Positions 12,208 to 31,941 of a stretch of 64,000 bases of DNA are shown here, piece after piece (within the stretch, counting starts at the first letter, position 1; each line of letters opens with the position of its first letter). Made by a program: the position numbers and the translations under genes. The DNA comes from Trichosphaerium sp. ATCC 40318 (lineage: Eukaryota > Protista > Tubulinea). The stretch lies in contig JALMLS010000568.1 of the NCBI GenBank assembly GCA_038496445.1, positions 62,001 to 126,000 of the forward strand, in the 5' to 3' direction. The notes below the pieces were generated by a model. That model searched no databases. It was given only the letters and a program-made list of their open reading frames with translations, and was not told the origin of the DNA.

Positions 12208-13808
12208 CTAGCTAAGTACTTTTGCTAATTTTTTTCTCCTCCAACTTCTAGATGTTTCAAATCAAGTTTTACCAAGATATTTTGGTTTGTAGCGTTTATA
12301 CTATAATAAACATATAAAAACCCATCAGATGCAATTACTTTCTTGGCATCTCTCCAAGGAGGATCTGTACGTAACGTCACAACCTAGAAAAAAATGTAAA
12401 AAAAAAACCAAGTTATTTCACTGTAAAAAAAAAAGTTAAAATAGTTTTATTATTTTGTACCTCTCCAGAAGAACTCAAGCGACGAATACCAACGCCATCA
12501 TCTGCCACATATATATATCCATCATCACCAACAGCAATAGAGCACGGATAGTAAAATTGTGCGTCCTAACAAAAGAACTTAGAAACACTTCAGGAAACAA
12601 ACAGCAAATTTCTACGTACTGCTCCAGATCCATCAATCAATCCTCGAGTACCATTTCCAGAGAATGTACGTATACAACCTCTTTTATCAATCCTACGTAC
12701 TACATAGTTACAGGCTAAAACAACAGTTAACTGAGGAGCCTTTTGTGGTAAGAACAAGTTAAGTTGCATGCAAAGTGATTAAGTGCGAATGATTTGTAAA
12801 GCCTTTTTACGTACTATCTACAACGTATACGTTTCCTGAATTATCGACAGCCGCACCAAGAGGAAAGTTGAAACGGCTATCTGTAAGAAGCGCATCTACA
12901 TGTCCCCTAGCATTCGGGCTACCGGCATGTAAAACTGCCACAGAATCCTTTGAATTGTTCATTCTGTAGATACAATGACTACCAGCGTCAATAATTAATA
13001 TATCGTTATCATTATCAAAACACAGTGATAGTGGCCCTATAGAAACGTTAGAGACATTGCTCATCAATCAAAGAAAAAAAAACGGCGCAAGTTGTTAAAC
13101 CCTTCAAATATTGTAGATTCAAGCGCAAAGTCAATTTTGCGCGTAGAAAACAAGAACAACGGAGGTTTTAGGGCGAAAAACGCGTACCAACGAATTCTTG
13201 ATCTAGTTTGTAAACGCCACTATCGAATTCAGCCATGTTAACAACGTCGTCAGGGTCTACTTGTGTAAACAGAGCTAAAAGAAAATTGTTGTTAACATGA
13301 TGCTAGTAAAATATCTCTAGATTGATACCATTATACTCTGCGACTGTGTATTTTCCTGTTTTTGAGTCTACTAGAATTTGCCATGGGTTAAAGTAAGTTC
13401 TAGAGAACAAATTGCGCTTAGGCTTTGTGTATAGAGTGTCAGTATCTCCATTGCGTGTATTAACTAAGCGTAGTGATCGATTGTAATGATCGACGACAAC
13501 TAACTGGAGAAATAGCGTTAATATATGATAGTACATAGCTACAACGTTATACAAGAGAACATAGCTCTACTATAAACAATAAAAAAGAAATATGATGCTG
13601 GTTGCCTATTTAGGCTATTTACTAGCCTTGCGCAGCGCTCGTTACTGAGCACGGAAAGTTGAGCATAAGCAATAAGTATCAGGTGTATTCTAGCGCGTAC
13701 GTTTCCTGTAGAGCGTAGCGCTGCGCCTGTAATAGTGGCGAAGCGTGCTTCCTCCAAGTTACCATCAACTAATTGTAGCGCTTTCGGTTGTTGATGCAAT
13801 ACTAACAT
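12208..13808 (-). CDS. NHL-repeat (beta-propeller) protein, multi-exon; start uncertain
   Basis: DGNLEEARF, VVVDHYNRSLRLVN, ILIIDAGSHCIYRM, GHVDALLTDSRFNFPLGAAVDNSGNVYVVD. Confidence 0.75.
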
Positions 13809-14102
13809 TCTAAATAGCCATGATATAGAACTAAACGAGCGATATTGTCGGAGTGCTCGTAAACCAAACGGAAATAGTGGCTAGATTAAGTCAGACACCC
13901 ATTTTTAAGTACCTATCATTGTAGATGTCATATCTACTTTGTATATAATACACTAGTACCAAAGTACACATACAGGACATTCCCAAACCAAAAGATTAAG
14001 AATCAATCGAGAAATCTTACATATTTTTAAACACAATATTTTTGGTGTACTCACACAGTATCAACAGCTCATATTGAAGCAACGACGAGTATATAATGTT
14101 TT

Positions 14103-15013
14103 TTATATTGGAACAACCTCTATCTCTATTTCTTGGTCTTCCTTTAGACGTAAAACATCTCTATCTTTTCTAATTACAGTGTTTGGTAATTTTCTAACCA
14201 TAGTTAATCTTTCTTTTGTTGTATCAATCTCCATTTCTTCTATTAGTGCAGTGAGAAGGCCACGAAATGTTTTCTCAGTGAAAGCAACTTCATAAAAATC
14301 CTCTTCACCCTTTCTTTTGACCTTTACAAAAAATTCTTCTAGACAATCATGTTAGTCATTAAACACTTGTTGTTTTGTTAACCGATACTAAACAAAGCGC
14401 ACAAACATGAAGTAGTATGTATATTCAAAACGTACCGGCAGGTTTTGGTTCTGGAGGAGGAAGCGTAACTTCAACTTTTTTTTCATTTGTTTTTTGTAAT
14501 TTTGCTCTTCTTTCGTCTGGATCTACCAAGTTTACTGGCCTAACTAATCTTTTTGTTCCCTGTGGTGTAAATGGCAGGTCTTTTTTCTCAACAGGTGCAA
14601 CTGCAGCTATAAAATCCGTAAATTAAAAAAAGTTCAAGAAAATGGCGTGTCAAATAAATGTTACGACGGATAAAGATTGCGTACCTTGTTTTTCGCCAAA
14701 TAGAGACAGTATGGAGGCGTCTGTGGTTAATTGACTTGGCAATTCTTGTTTTTGTGTTTTAATTTGCGGATCAGCACCGTTAAGCAGTAAGAAGTTCACT
14801 GCATTTTGTCTGTTGCCCTTACAAGCCCAATGAAGCGCTATATTAACAAATGTAAGTAAAACGGAGTAATTATCAACGTTTCTTACGTGTATAGCCGTTC
14901 ATTGGGTTAGCTGCATTCACATTGAGACCTCTTTGTAGCAGAATACGTAAATTGTACATATCACCAGCATACGCTGCTTCTTCCAAATTAACGTCTTCCT
15001 TGTGTGGTTCCAT
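14103..15013 (-). CDS. ANKRD40: ANKRD40-like protein
   Basis: N-terminal ankyrins (GLNVNAANPMNGYT|ALHWACKG) and the characteristic C-terminal domain EEDFYEV...VRKLPNTVIRKDRDVLRLKEDQEIEVV. Confidence 0.8.
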
Positions 15014-15270
15014 GCGTATTTATTACTTCAAAGCACTCTTTCAAGAATTGCCTGGCAAATTTTGTGCCATTGAAAATCTGACGGTCAAAATCAAACAGTA
15101 TTTTAGAACATTGGTTTACAATAATAAGGTGATTCTATCAACTGTGTTGAGATGGTGAGTAACGCTAGATGTAACAAATAGTTGCCTTCAAAGTGACTTT
15201 AGAGCCATGATTCCTTTCCGCTAAGTCAATACAATTCCTTTCTCTGAGAGGCTACTGGACGTGCAGCATA

Positions 15271-18200
15271 ATGGAGACTGATGGTACGCTTAAAAGCGTT
15301 TTTGCAAGCAAAATTACTGTCGTACGCAGCGTTTACTAGCGTTTAAAGCTAACTTATCTGTCAAGTCGCAACAGCTTCTTGAAACAACCCAAAAATTTCT
15401 TTGCGATGATCAAGAGCGTTTTTTAAATGAAACGCCGACAGGTAATGCTACGCCGCTGTCCTAATACTTATAGAAATAACGTAGACGAGCTCAGCGAGCT
15501 CCGAGATTACATTGCGGGGTTTAGATTTTCGTTTCACTCGCTGTTTGGCGAAATGTTTTCTGAAAGCGACAGTTTCATCATTGAAGGTAAGCCAAGCATA
15601 TTATTCGCTTAGAAACAACACTAGCGAAATAGATCCGCAAATGTGACACCTTTGTAGGTGATTCTGTTCTAGCAACATTACTACTCGACGCCAAACTTTC
15701 TTCTGGAGAATTCCTTCACGTAGTGTATCTGTTTGAGCGGTTCTTGGTTAAAATGAGAGAGTGCAGCCCATGCTTCACGCTACTTTTTATGCAACCAAAC
15801 AGAAGCATCTGGGTAAATAACCCAGAATGCCTAGCTCTTCGAGATTTGCTCATAAGGTACGCGACAAACGAGCTTTCTTCAATCCTTCCTGCCAAGATAA
15901 CCACTAATCCAACCTTACAGTCACTTACAACGTAACACGACCTTCAATATTAAAGTTGTAGACTACGACTGTTTATCTCCCGAATTCAGCTCTTACTTGA
16001 AAGAGTTCCACCCGGCGTTTATTGTATGCTCTAATGGATCTGATTCATCTATGAGAAACCTTTTAAAAGGACAACAAGTATCTATTCTACAAGCATTCAT
16101 GATGGTACGTTAAGTCAGACTAAGCTAAGCTTTTTTTTCTTCTCACTTTTTTTAGCAATGTGTCGTTTTGAATCACAATGTTGTGTGCATGGAAGAGTTA
16201 CAAGTTCATGGTGGACGTGTATGGGGTTGGATACTATATTGGGTATTCAGTGTGGGCAGACATGCTAAAAGAATGAAACCAAACATTGTACGAAGAAAAA
16301 CTCGAGTTTTCATCTGCTTCTTTTTTTCGGCTGACTTAACATGTTAGAAAGTCGCAATGGATTTATCTCGTAGCGCTCTTGCCTCGTTTGAAAATGAACT
16401 ATCTATAGAACAAAGTACGTGGCTTCTATGAAGAGAATTATTTCTAACACAAACTGATTATCTAGGTATTGCTGAAGTTGAGGTATTTACATACGCAATG
16501 GGTTTGACTATTCAATCAATACAAAAACTTGAAGATTATGAAAAAATGCGTGATTGCTTAAAGATATTTGTACTTCAACTACACCTGTTGCCTCACATTC
16601 CTCTTAAATCTAGAGTAAGTACCACATTCGGAATAAATGCTCACAAGTTATTTACGCTATTGTATAGGCTTTTCTGATGCTTCCAGTTGAAACAAGTAGC
16701 TTGACGCTTATTGAACCACTTGTCAAAACTATTTTTCGCTATTTTGTTGCAGCGCGTTCAAAGGTAGAAGGCAATCTATGTTAATACTCCTAATAATTCA
16801 ATAGGATAATGTTACACTTCCTGAGTGTCCCTCAAATTGCTTCTCTAGAAGAGTACTCAAGCAGTTGGTTAGCTTTTTACACTTGGAATCAACTGGAATA
16901 GTTAGTACGTCGTTGTTTTTGCGTTTGATCTTTTTCTGTGAGATTATAATTGTGCCTTTAGAATCTCGAGAATCTGCTTCAGATATCCTAGGTATCCCAG
17001 ACAATATAATACGTGAAGCTGAATCATCTTGGATGACCATCTGTTCGCTCGCAAACATAAACGATAATTTCTATCCTATTTGCTCGAATCTTGATGGTAT
17101 CTTGGATGCTGATGCTCTCAACGCATTGTTACTAAGCAACAAAGGTACTTATTGCTTGTACAAGTATATAACTGATATTCTACATAGCGAAGCCTTTATA
17201 TGCTCTTCCCTTTGATTCTCCATTGGAAACATTTATTCTTGGCGACGAAGCACAACAAATTCCAAAAATTGACGGTATGAGAAAAAAAAAAAAAAAGGAA
17301 AAAGCTTCTAATGTCTTGTTCTAGAAAACGATCCAAGCGTATTGGCGATAAATAACAACAATAATTTCTTTAACGAAAAATATCACTGGCACAGAAAGCA
17401 ACCGTTGGTTCAAGGTACTCAAGTACACCCAAAGAGAAGAACAAGACCATACTAAGATTGTTTTGCAGATTTTAAACTGAAGAGGGATGATAAACGTGAA
17501 TACACTGAAAGACAATTAAGTAGGAGAAAGAATAGACTCCAAACATATATGCATAAATACGCAGAAACGCTAGCTGGATCTCGTACGATGGCTATTGATC
17601 GAAATGTTCATTCGTGATTTATTCTTACTTTTTTTTCTCTTATTTTTCAGATTTAAAGCAAATGGAGATTCAAGCTGTCTCAAATATAAAGGAACCCACA
17701 GCTAAGGAAAAAGCTAAATATGAACGTATTAAAAAACAAGAGCAACGTAAGAAGGATATACAAGCAAAAGCCAAAAAAGGTCAAAAAAAGAAACCAACAA
17801 AAAAAGAACAAAGACATGCAGAAGTAGCAAAAAACCTCGCTCAGAAAGAACTAAATAACAGTAAAGAAAAGGCACTCTCTAGTCACTACTCATAATTATA
17901 CTAATTATTTACAGTGGCTTGGTATTAAGAAGCGTATGGCCAAGGGAAGCTTCGAAGAAAAGATAGAGCAAATACAAAGAGTTGTCGAAAATCCCAATCA
18001 AAATGTTAGGTTTTTTGATTTTGTACTTGCTGACTCTCTTAGGTCATTATTAAGGATCTAGCGTGGTTATATAGGGTACCTAACATTCTTTCAAAGCCTA
18101 CTGATAAATTTTAAAAGCTATCTATCTTATCAAGTGAGTTTACAAAGACACCGAGTATCGTGTTGAAGATTGAAATATTTCGAACGATTCATCATCTCAA

Positions 18201-21200
18201 AGATGTCAAATCACCTGAAGTGGCTTCTGTACGCCATATATGAAAGTAATAGTAGCTGAAAAAAATATTCTAGGCTTTAAAACTCATCGGGTTTCCTAAA
18301 TGTGCGGCTAGCATGTCGTCGAAAAGAAAAGTACATGTTGAAACAGATGCTATTGAAATGCAAATGAACCATCACCAAGAAGACATATCACGTGTTTCAG
18401 GAACAGAATTAGATGATCCAAGAGTAAGAGGCTTCAAATTAGACGCATGGCAAGTCAAATTGCTCAATGCTGTTGATGCAAATGGTACGATATTGGAACC
18501 GAAAAAAATGATTCATTTTTACTCTAGAAAGCGCTCTGATTGTTGCACCTACTTCGTCTGGAAAGACTTTTATTTCATACTACTGTATGGAACAGGTACA
18601 TTAAAAATACTTTCTGTCTATAATAACCACAAACTGATTTGTTTTTCGGCCAGACTCTACGTCAGAGCGATGAAAATATTGTTGTTTATGTTTCTCCTTC
18701 AAAAGCTCTTGTAAATCAGGTTGCAGCATCAGTTCTTGGAGCGTTCAAAAAGAGTTATACAAAGTCTAATAGTAGAAACTTGTATGGTATCTTCACAAGA
18801 GACTACAGGTTCCCTGAGGACAATCCATTAAAATGCCAAGTACGAAAAATTAATACTATCTTTGGGTGTAGTTTCTTCCTTTTAAATTTCCCACGTGACT
18901 TCTTTTTTGTTAAGTGGAAGTATCACGTTTTTGGAAAGTTTGTTTTTGTGCACTAATTTTTGAAAGATACTTGTTACTGTACCTGTTCTGTTGGAAGTTC
19001 TCTTGCTTTCACCTGAAAACAGAGAATTTGTAAAAAAGATAAAATGGGTAATCTTTGATGAGGTTCACCAAATTTCAATGGAAGGAACAGGTCCTTACTG
19101 GGAACGTTTACTTGTTATGATAAAGTGTCCATTCATTGCACTTTCTGCAACAGTAGGAAATTACAAGGAGTTTTATTCGTAAGTGACTAAATTGTCAATG
19201 TTGCTAAAGTATACTTTTTTGTTGACTTGTTTTTCGTGTAGCTGGCTTGTTAACGTGCAAGGAAAACTGTCTGAACAATACCCAGATGAGAAAACAGAAC
19301 AAATAGAAATAACAAGAGGACAAAAGTACATCACAAAGAAACCCAGACGGTTCAAAGGTAAACTCTTTTTTCTCATTACAATTCTTCTTTTTTTCTTACT
19401 TTTTTTTCTTCTTTAGTGCACCTCATTCATCACAACATACGGTTCTCAGATTTAAGAAAACAATTCTATCTTCCTCAAAAACATAAGTTAGATAAAATGA
19501 TAAGCGCTCCAGTTACATCAACAAAAGATCCTTTGAGCCACGAAGTCGGGTTAGTAGCGACTCTGTTGACAGAACTTTTTCTAATCAAGATTTCGTGAAA
19601 ATACAGAGTCTTCCTGAAGATTCATCCTATGCATTGCTTAACAATTGCCATGCTCAAAGACAAAGGCTTTCCTGAAGGTACATAGATCACCAAACGTTCA
19701 ATAACTATTCATGCTAAACACTTGGTTTCTAGACCTTATCTTGGAGCCACAAGATATCCTAAAACTTCACAATGAAATGGTTATAGTTCTACAAAACTCA
19801 GTTTCGCAACAAGATCAAGATACTGTTTTGCCTTCGCTTCTTCGATCTCTATTAGATAACAACCCATCTAAGTACTTCAAAGAAGTTCTAGTGACAAGAC
19901 ATAAAACTCGTGACTTTGCCAGTGATACAGTGAAGGTAAAGCAATGTCCAAAATACGTATTTGTTTAACACTGTTTTGTTTAGATGTTTATGAGTATACT
20001 TACCAAGGGATATGAATCAGAGATTCAGCAAGTTCTTGATAGTCTAAAGACTCTAGGGATTCCCGATCCGAATGATAAAAAGACACGTTCTGATACATAC
20101 TCTCGTAATTTCATGGTAACGCATTTGTTACGATTATTGACAAAGCTACGAAAAGAAGTGAGTGCTTGGTATCTCTTTTTTTGTCTAATAGTGTCTGTCA
20201 TAGGATAAACTACCTTGTATTGTCTTCTCTCTTGATAGGAGTAATGTCACAGCATTGCTAAGTGGTGTTGTACGTGACTTATTGCTTGAAGGGGTTTTTT
20301 AAGAAAGAGCATTGTTAATGATTGTATAAAGGTTTTATCTTTGTTACAAAGTGAAGAAGCTTTTAAAGAAAGTGAAGAATACCAGAAGAAACTGAAAAGG
20401 AATATGCAGAAGAGAAAGGTTCAGGCAGCGAGGCAAAAGAAGGCACAAAATACAAGAAAAACGAAAGACGAGAAAGAAGCCGATGAGGTACGCTTCAAAA
20501 CCAGGATATCACCGGGTTTATGTCTTACTCCTATAAGGTGTTCGAAGAGGAAATAGTAGAAGCTTTGCCTGATGTTGAACTTGATTTCTCTTTCTTGGAT
20601 GGTCAAGTCGAAGTAGAATTAAACTGGCAACTCGAAAAAATATTCAAAACGAGACACAATGGGCAGATACTTCTTGAGTACGTTTAGTCTTTCTAAGTAA
20701 TGACTAATAGATTTAAGGGGTCTAAAACGTGGTATCGGTATGCATCATGGCGGATTACCTTTGGCGTATAGACGTTTAGTCGAACAGCTCTTCAGACAAA
20801 AGGTGCTTGACTATTGAAAGCTTGTCTTACTGATGCTTTACTTAGAAACTGCGTGTAGTGGTTTCAACTTCTACTCTTGCACTAGGTATTCATATGCCTT
20901 GTCGTTCGGTGATTTTTGCTGGAGCTAATATATGGCTTCATCCAATGAGCTATAGGCAAATGTCCGGACGTGCAGGAAGGCGTGGTTTTGATCGTAAGTT
21001 ACAAGTAATTTAGACCTTTTATTCTCATTATATTGTAGCTATTGGTCATGTTGTATTCTATGGTGTCTCTGATAGTAAATTGAAGTACCTTCTATCAAGT
21101 CGACTACCTACACTTACCACAGAGTTCCCAGGTAAACAAAAACTTCCAACTTCAATTTTTTTTTTGTTTTTTTTGGTTTTGAACTTGTTCAGCTTACAGC

Positions 21201-22776
21201 TTTGGTTTCTTTTTTAGTGACCTTCACTACTATCTTGAGATGTTTGCTTCTTTATAATACAGAAAAGAATAAAGATAATAAAGAAGATATAGCCAAGATG
21301 ATAGCTCGTTTGTTTTCAGTTTCATTGTATGCTGAAAACAAATCCCAAGCGTTCAAGGATCACGTGCGTTCCTTTATTAAAAAGCAGTCCATCATCGCCA
21401 TCAATACTTCTTCTTATTAATCTGTATCTTGTAGTTGAAGCACTACTTCAGGCTAGCTATTGAGTACTTTGTATACAAAGGATATCTCAACCTTCAAGGA
21501 AAAGTACTAGCTCCTGCTGCTTTGGTTACTCATTTGTTTTACCATGAACCTTGCAACTTCATATTCGTTCATTTGCTTAAAAAAGGCGTATTTCATGCTA
21601 TAGCAGAGGATGATAAACTCAAATATGAGCAAAAATGTATCAAGATCTTAGTACGCCAAGAACAAACAATGTCCTGTTTCTAATGAGAAAAGAAACAACA
21701 ATTTGATTAATTTTTTTAGGAGATTATGGCTCACTTATTTACATCAACACCAATACCAAGTTGGCTTTCTACTGAAGATTTGAGGCCGAGAGATCGCTCT
21801 CAAATTGTGTTAAAAGTAAGAAAAAAAACCAATTGAGATCTCAACTTGTGATCAAAAGATTGACTTTAGTTGTAGCCTCTTACTGGTCCTGTTCAAGAAT
21901 CTATAATGGAACATAACCAAGAGACCTTAGATATATTTGGTAGGTACCTGAGATCCTACGGTTCCATCCTAGAAACAAAGAGTCCTGACGTACACCTTCC
22001 AGCATCAAAGTGAGTTGAAGTTATAATATTTACAAACTCAAGGCATTAACTTTTTTTGTAGAGTTGTTTGCGATGCACCTCAAACAGATGCAAAACCAGA
22101 ATCGTTTTTAGGCAGTCTCAATACATTAAAGATTCCTGTTGTAGCTAGATCATCTTTTGTTGCGCTCTCTGGGCATACGGACGTCTTCGACTCACGGGTA
22201 CAGTTTTCTAAAACATAGCGTACTCATTTTTCTAACATCGAGTTACAGGATGATTTTTATAATTGCAGACAAGGTACTATTTATCTAGTTAGCTATATCC
22301 TATTAACTGCAATTGTATCTCTAATATATTATAGGCATATCTCTTAATATTAAGACAATACCTTTGTTGTATACAAATGATAAGGAGAGGTTTAACTCGT
22401 GGGCTGTAGACTTTTGGAGACATGGTAAATCAAATTACAGTTTGTTTCTTCTTTTTTTTTCAGTAGCTTCAGTCCTTGTTAGAGCATCACACTCACAATT
22501 TTGTATCTAGGGAGCTATAAAGTACTTGTTAGGGTTAATCTAATACATAGTGGTGCTTACTTTGAGCTAATAAAAGGCTTCTGCTTAGCGCTTCAGGTAC
22601 GTTTTTTTTTTGTTGTTGTTTTCTGAAGGTGTCTTGTTTTATAGGCTATTGCTGTTGCCCTTGAGCAAATGCAAGATATTGGAGACAAAGAGAGCAAGAC
22701 CAAGGATCCATTCTTGAAGTTATTTACTGAGATAGCAGAGACGTACAGGAACAAGTTCACAAAAATGTGGGCTTAA
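15271..22776 (+). CDS. DDX60: DDX60-like Ski2-family DExD/H RNA helicase (many exons)
   Basis: N-terminal FIIEG|DS...[12 protein letters not shown]; [17 protein letters not shown]; motif I APTSSGKT; [11 protein letters not shown]; IFDEVH; LSATVGN; [10 protein letters not shown]; [13 protein letters not shown]; [12 protein letters not shown]; [10 protein letters not shown]. Confidence 0.9.
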
Positions 22777-23001
22777 GTTGTACTTAAGTCGGACCATACA
22801 GACTGGAAGCAAAATAAATGCAATGGTTACGAAAAGCCCTGATTATGACTTTTCTTGATACTTTAATGTTTGTGTTACCACAATACGATGGTTTTTATTT
22901 TACACTCAAAACGACTACACCACAATCAACAAAAATAAAGTGATTCTTCAAATCTATATTCTTGGTTTTTTTTGATTATTTGGTAATCGAGTATTTCTCG
23001 T

Positions 23002-28411
<5,410 letters not shown>

Positions 28412-28558
28412 TTAGTACGGTATCGCCACGAGGGACGCTTTTATTATAACTAGGAGCGCCTTATCTACAATTGGTTTAACACTGGCGCGTTTGACGGTGA
28501 AAGTCCGCTTACAATTTCCACCCAAGTTTTGATCAAAATAATCACAAAACTACTCGCC

Positions 28559-29884
28559 ATGAAGCTTATCGCTATACTCATTATTGTCATCGTGCTCGTA
28601 CACGCCAGACACCAGAAAAAGAAGAAGCATCACCCAAAAGGTGACTGCACTAAAGCCAGAAACATTGGCGGTGGCTCATGGTACGGAGATGCCTTGTAAT
28701 CTATCTCACACGCACTAGGGACTACATAGAACTTGTACAACAATGGCCTGGATCTGCTTGTCGCAACACACACAAACCTTGCGATGTGTACGTAATTACG
28801 GACTTGAAAGTTACTTACATCGCGTAGATTTATGTCTACATGGTCTATCCACGGTAATTATACGAGGAGTTTGCGGTTTTTTCATTTTTATAATTCCCAC
28901 GCATAATTACACGATCTTACGCGTTATACATTAGGTTTATGGCCTGATTTGAGTACTGGACACTGGTACGTTCGTTTTTGGAAAAGTCTCCAAGTTACCG
29001 TATTAAAAATGATTACTAGGCCTCAATTTTGCACCAGCGATAACTTTAACGTAACCGCCATTGAATCTCTTATGCCTAGGATGGACAAATACTGGTACTT
29101 TTCCAAAAAAACAAAAAAACTAAAAAATAACGATTACTTTTTTCTTTTTTGTCAAATGAGTCTCGAAGTCTGATAGTCTTCTATAATAAGTCACTCAGTA
29201 TCTAGTTTCGTATTTTATTTGTTTCCAAAAAAGTCAGAAAAGAAGCATACAACTTTGACTCACTTTTTTCTCTTTTAGGCAAAGTTATTACTCCCAAAAC
29301 TCCACTTGTTTTTGGGCTCATGAATGGTTAAAGCACGGTACATGTGCTTCAGAAGCTAAGCCTTTCAGCAGTGAACTCAAGTACTTTGGCGCTGCTCTTA
29401 ACCTTCGCGAGAAGTTCGATTTCTTGGTACGTTTACAAACTTTTTTTCTTTACATCTTCTTCTTCCTTTCGCTTACTTGGTACTTTAAAGAGTATTCTAG
29501 GAGAAGCTAATATTGTTCCTTCAAATAAGAAGACATACAAAGTCGATGATATGACTGCAGCCATTAAGAGTGCTACTGGTGGCGAACCAGTTATTCGTTG
29601 TCAAAACGCAGAGGTCTATGAAATTAGCATCTGTTTAAATAGAGAAATGGAGGTATGATTTTTTTTTTCAAGAAGAAAACAACAAGAAAGAAAAAAAAAA
29701 CCAAAAAAGGCTAACCGCTAGTTTTTTTTATTTTCTCGACTCTTTCGCTGTTTTATCGTGTATCCGTTTGTCCGTGCTGTTTCTGACGCTGTTTACCTAG
29801 GTTATTGACTGTTTCAAAGGAACTGCATGCCCTGGCAGCGTCAGTTATCCAACATTAGTCCAAAACGACAAAGTGCAGCATTAG
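28559..29884 (+). CDS. RNASET2: Secreted ribonuclease T2
   Basis: Signal peptide MKLIAILIIVIVLVHA; LVQQWPGSAC; CAS I H|GLWP; CAS II FWAHEWLKHGTC; EISICL. Confidence 0.92.
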
Positions 29885-30206
29885 AATGTTGGCGTAAAAA
29901 TGTTATTCGCGTTTATCAACGCTCAAAAAAAAAAAAATGAAATTAAAAAAGCATCAACCAGCATTTGTTTTGAAGTTGGTTAGATTCGTATCATAAAAAT
30001 TAAATAAACATCATAACGCGAAAACTGCAGCAGTATCATTTTCGCTTTATTTTATTCAGACCTCTCTGTCAAGCCACAATTGGCTGCCAATCCGAAAGGC
30101 GTTGTCTTTTAAGTCTTGATTCCAAAAAAACTGTAATCATGTGAGCAATTTTTAGCTAGACAAGACACGATTATTTACAATTTTTTGAAAACATTATTTA
30201 GTAGAA

Positions 30207-31838
30207 TTACTCCTGGCGAGCGAAATTGTTATTTCCAAACTGATTTGGAATAGTCATTATTTTCCTTTTCTTGCGCGGATTTTTTTGTAGTGGTATGCTA
30301 ATAATAACGTTAGCGAGGAACTAAAATCAAAACACGTGCATATCGTTTGCGTTTCTTTTACCCTGGACTTTTTTCGCAATAGGTATATTAGTTATTTTCT
30401 TTTTTTCTTGAGAGTATTTATCTTCCATCTCTTCTAGGGAATCATAGAAATAAATATAATCTCTTTTGTCCACTTTACAGCCTTTGCAGGCTCTACATGA
30501 TGTGACGTATATCTTTATCTCATGAATTGTTTCTCCACTTGGTTTGTGTTCAAAGGTTGCCACGTATGTTCCCGTAAAAGCAAATGCTAGTATAATCTCA
30601 TATTTACTAGGTTCGCGTTCAGGACACCAATGATTTATTAGAAGCCCCTTCATTGAGTATTTCTCGTTCACATCATCGGAGTCGTCACAGCAATCAAATA
30701 GGCATTCATCGAATACAACTTGATCTTTCTTGTATGTTGGATTGCCTGTTATTTTCACTTTGTATTGGCTAATGTGCATTGAAAAGTGTAACTTGATAGA
30801 CTCCCTTTTTTCTAGCGCGTTCGAATACCAACATATCGGTTCCTATTAATCAACAATAAACACAATGGATTTGTTGTATGTACTTGCCTTAACCCTTGAT
30901 TTTGTTACCATCTTTGCACAACCATACTTGCATACATGATATGCTATTGCTTACTTTTAGTACTACAACGGACTTGATTGAGTTCGTACTGTTTGAAAGA
31001 GGATCATAATTGTTTCCGGGTAACGTTAAAGAGTTTGGTTTGCTTTGCCTTTGCTCGAGTGAAAATGATTCAACGGGTAAGTGTGTTGCTTCTTGTTCGT
31101 ATATTGCAATCGTATTAGGTATGGGTAGCTGTGAAACCTGGGTTGGCGATACAGTTTGGCGCTGGTCGCATGTGCGTTCTCTGGAAAGAGGTGCGAACTC
31201 TTCAAGGGCAGCCGGAAGAGCTGACTCATTTTGAGTCGCTGGCAGAACCAACTCTGTCTCCGTAGCTAACTGGTATGCAGCACACTTCTCAGCAAACATG
31301 TCTAGTATTTTTTGAAACTTCGCTTTCTTTTTGTGGTAAATCCAAGCAATGAATTGCACTGACTTGTTTGAGGAAGTCCGAGTATAAATGTCAGCGCCTG
31401 CGTTAGTTAGAGGAGAACTTTTGGACTGAAAAAACCCAGTACCTAGGCGAATGAGGTCGCGTATGGTGTGTAAGTTGCCGACTTTTACAGCAACGTGTAA
31501 AGGTGTATGACCGGCTGAGTTAGTGCTGTTAAAGTTGACGTAGCACTTTTTAAGGATCTCAAAAATGGGCGTTGTGGTCTCCTGGCTCGCTGCCACGTGA
31601 ACTAGAGTGTCTCCAGCTAGATTGATATAAGCGATACAAATTTCGGGCAAAATGCTAGGGATGAGCGCACAACACAGTTTGAACCGTTCTAAATTGTGCG
31701 TATTTCTAGCTAGTATTTCTTCTAGTAATGTAAGTTTGTTGGTATGTAGGGCTCTAAATGCATCAACAACTAATATCATTAATATCATTTTAACGTATTA
31801 CACGAACCCTCCTGACTCAACGCGGTAGTTGCTTCCAT
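30207..31838 (-). CDS. Pair 1 gene A1: ankyrin repeats, uncharacterised beta-rich domain X, NLS-like tail
   Basis: GDTLVHVAA, GHTPLHVAVKVG; domain X VVLK|MVTKSRVK|EPICWY...KGLLINHWCP...YEIILAFAFTGTYVATF...IKIYVTS; tail NPRKKRKI. Confidence 0.8.
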
Positions 31839-31891
31839 TTATGGTTATTTGTGGATTTTGTGAGTAAAAAACTGGTCGAAACTGCTCAAGT

Positions 31892-31910
31892 TCGAACAAC
31901 TTAATAGTTG
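31892..31910. promoter_or_regulatory. Conserved motif in the pair 1 bidirectional promoter
   Basis: TCGAACAACTTAATAGTTG; related to 42125, 51661 and 61337. Confidence 0.5.
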
Positions 31911-31941
31911 TGGAACAAAAAACTATTACTCAAGGAAGTAA

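Noticed and set aside
14030-14072. Minus-strand ATG AGC TGT TGA TAC TGT (M-S-C-U-Y-C) as a selenocysteine start for the NHL gene
   Set aside because: I could not splice this frame to the NHL exons, and saw no thioredoxin fold or SECIS.
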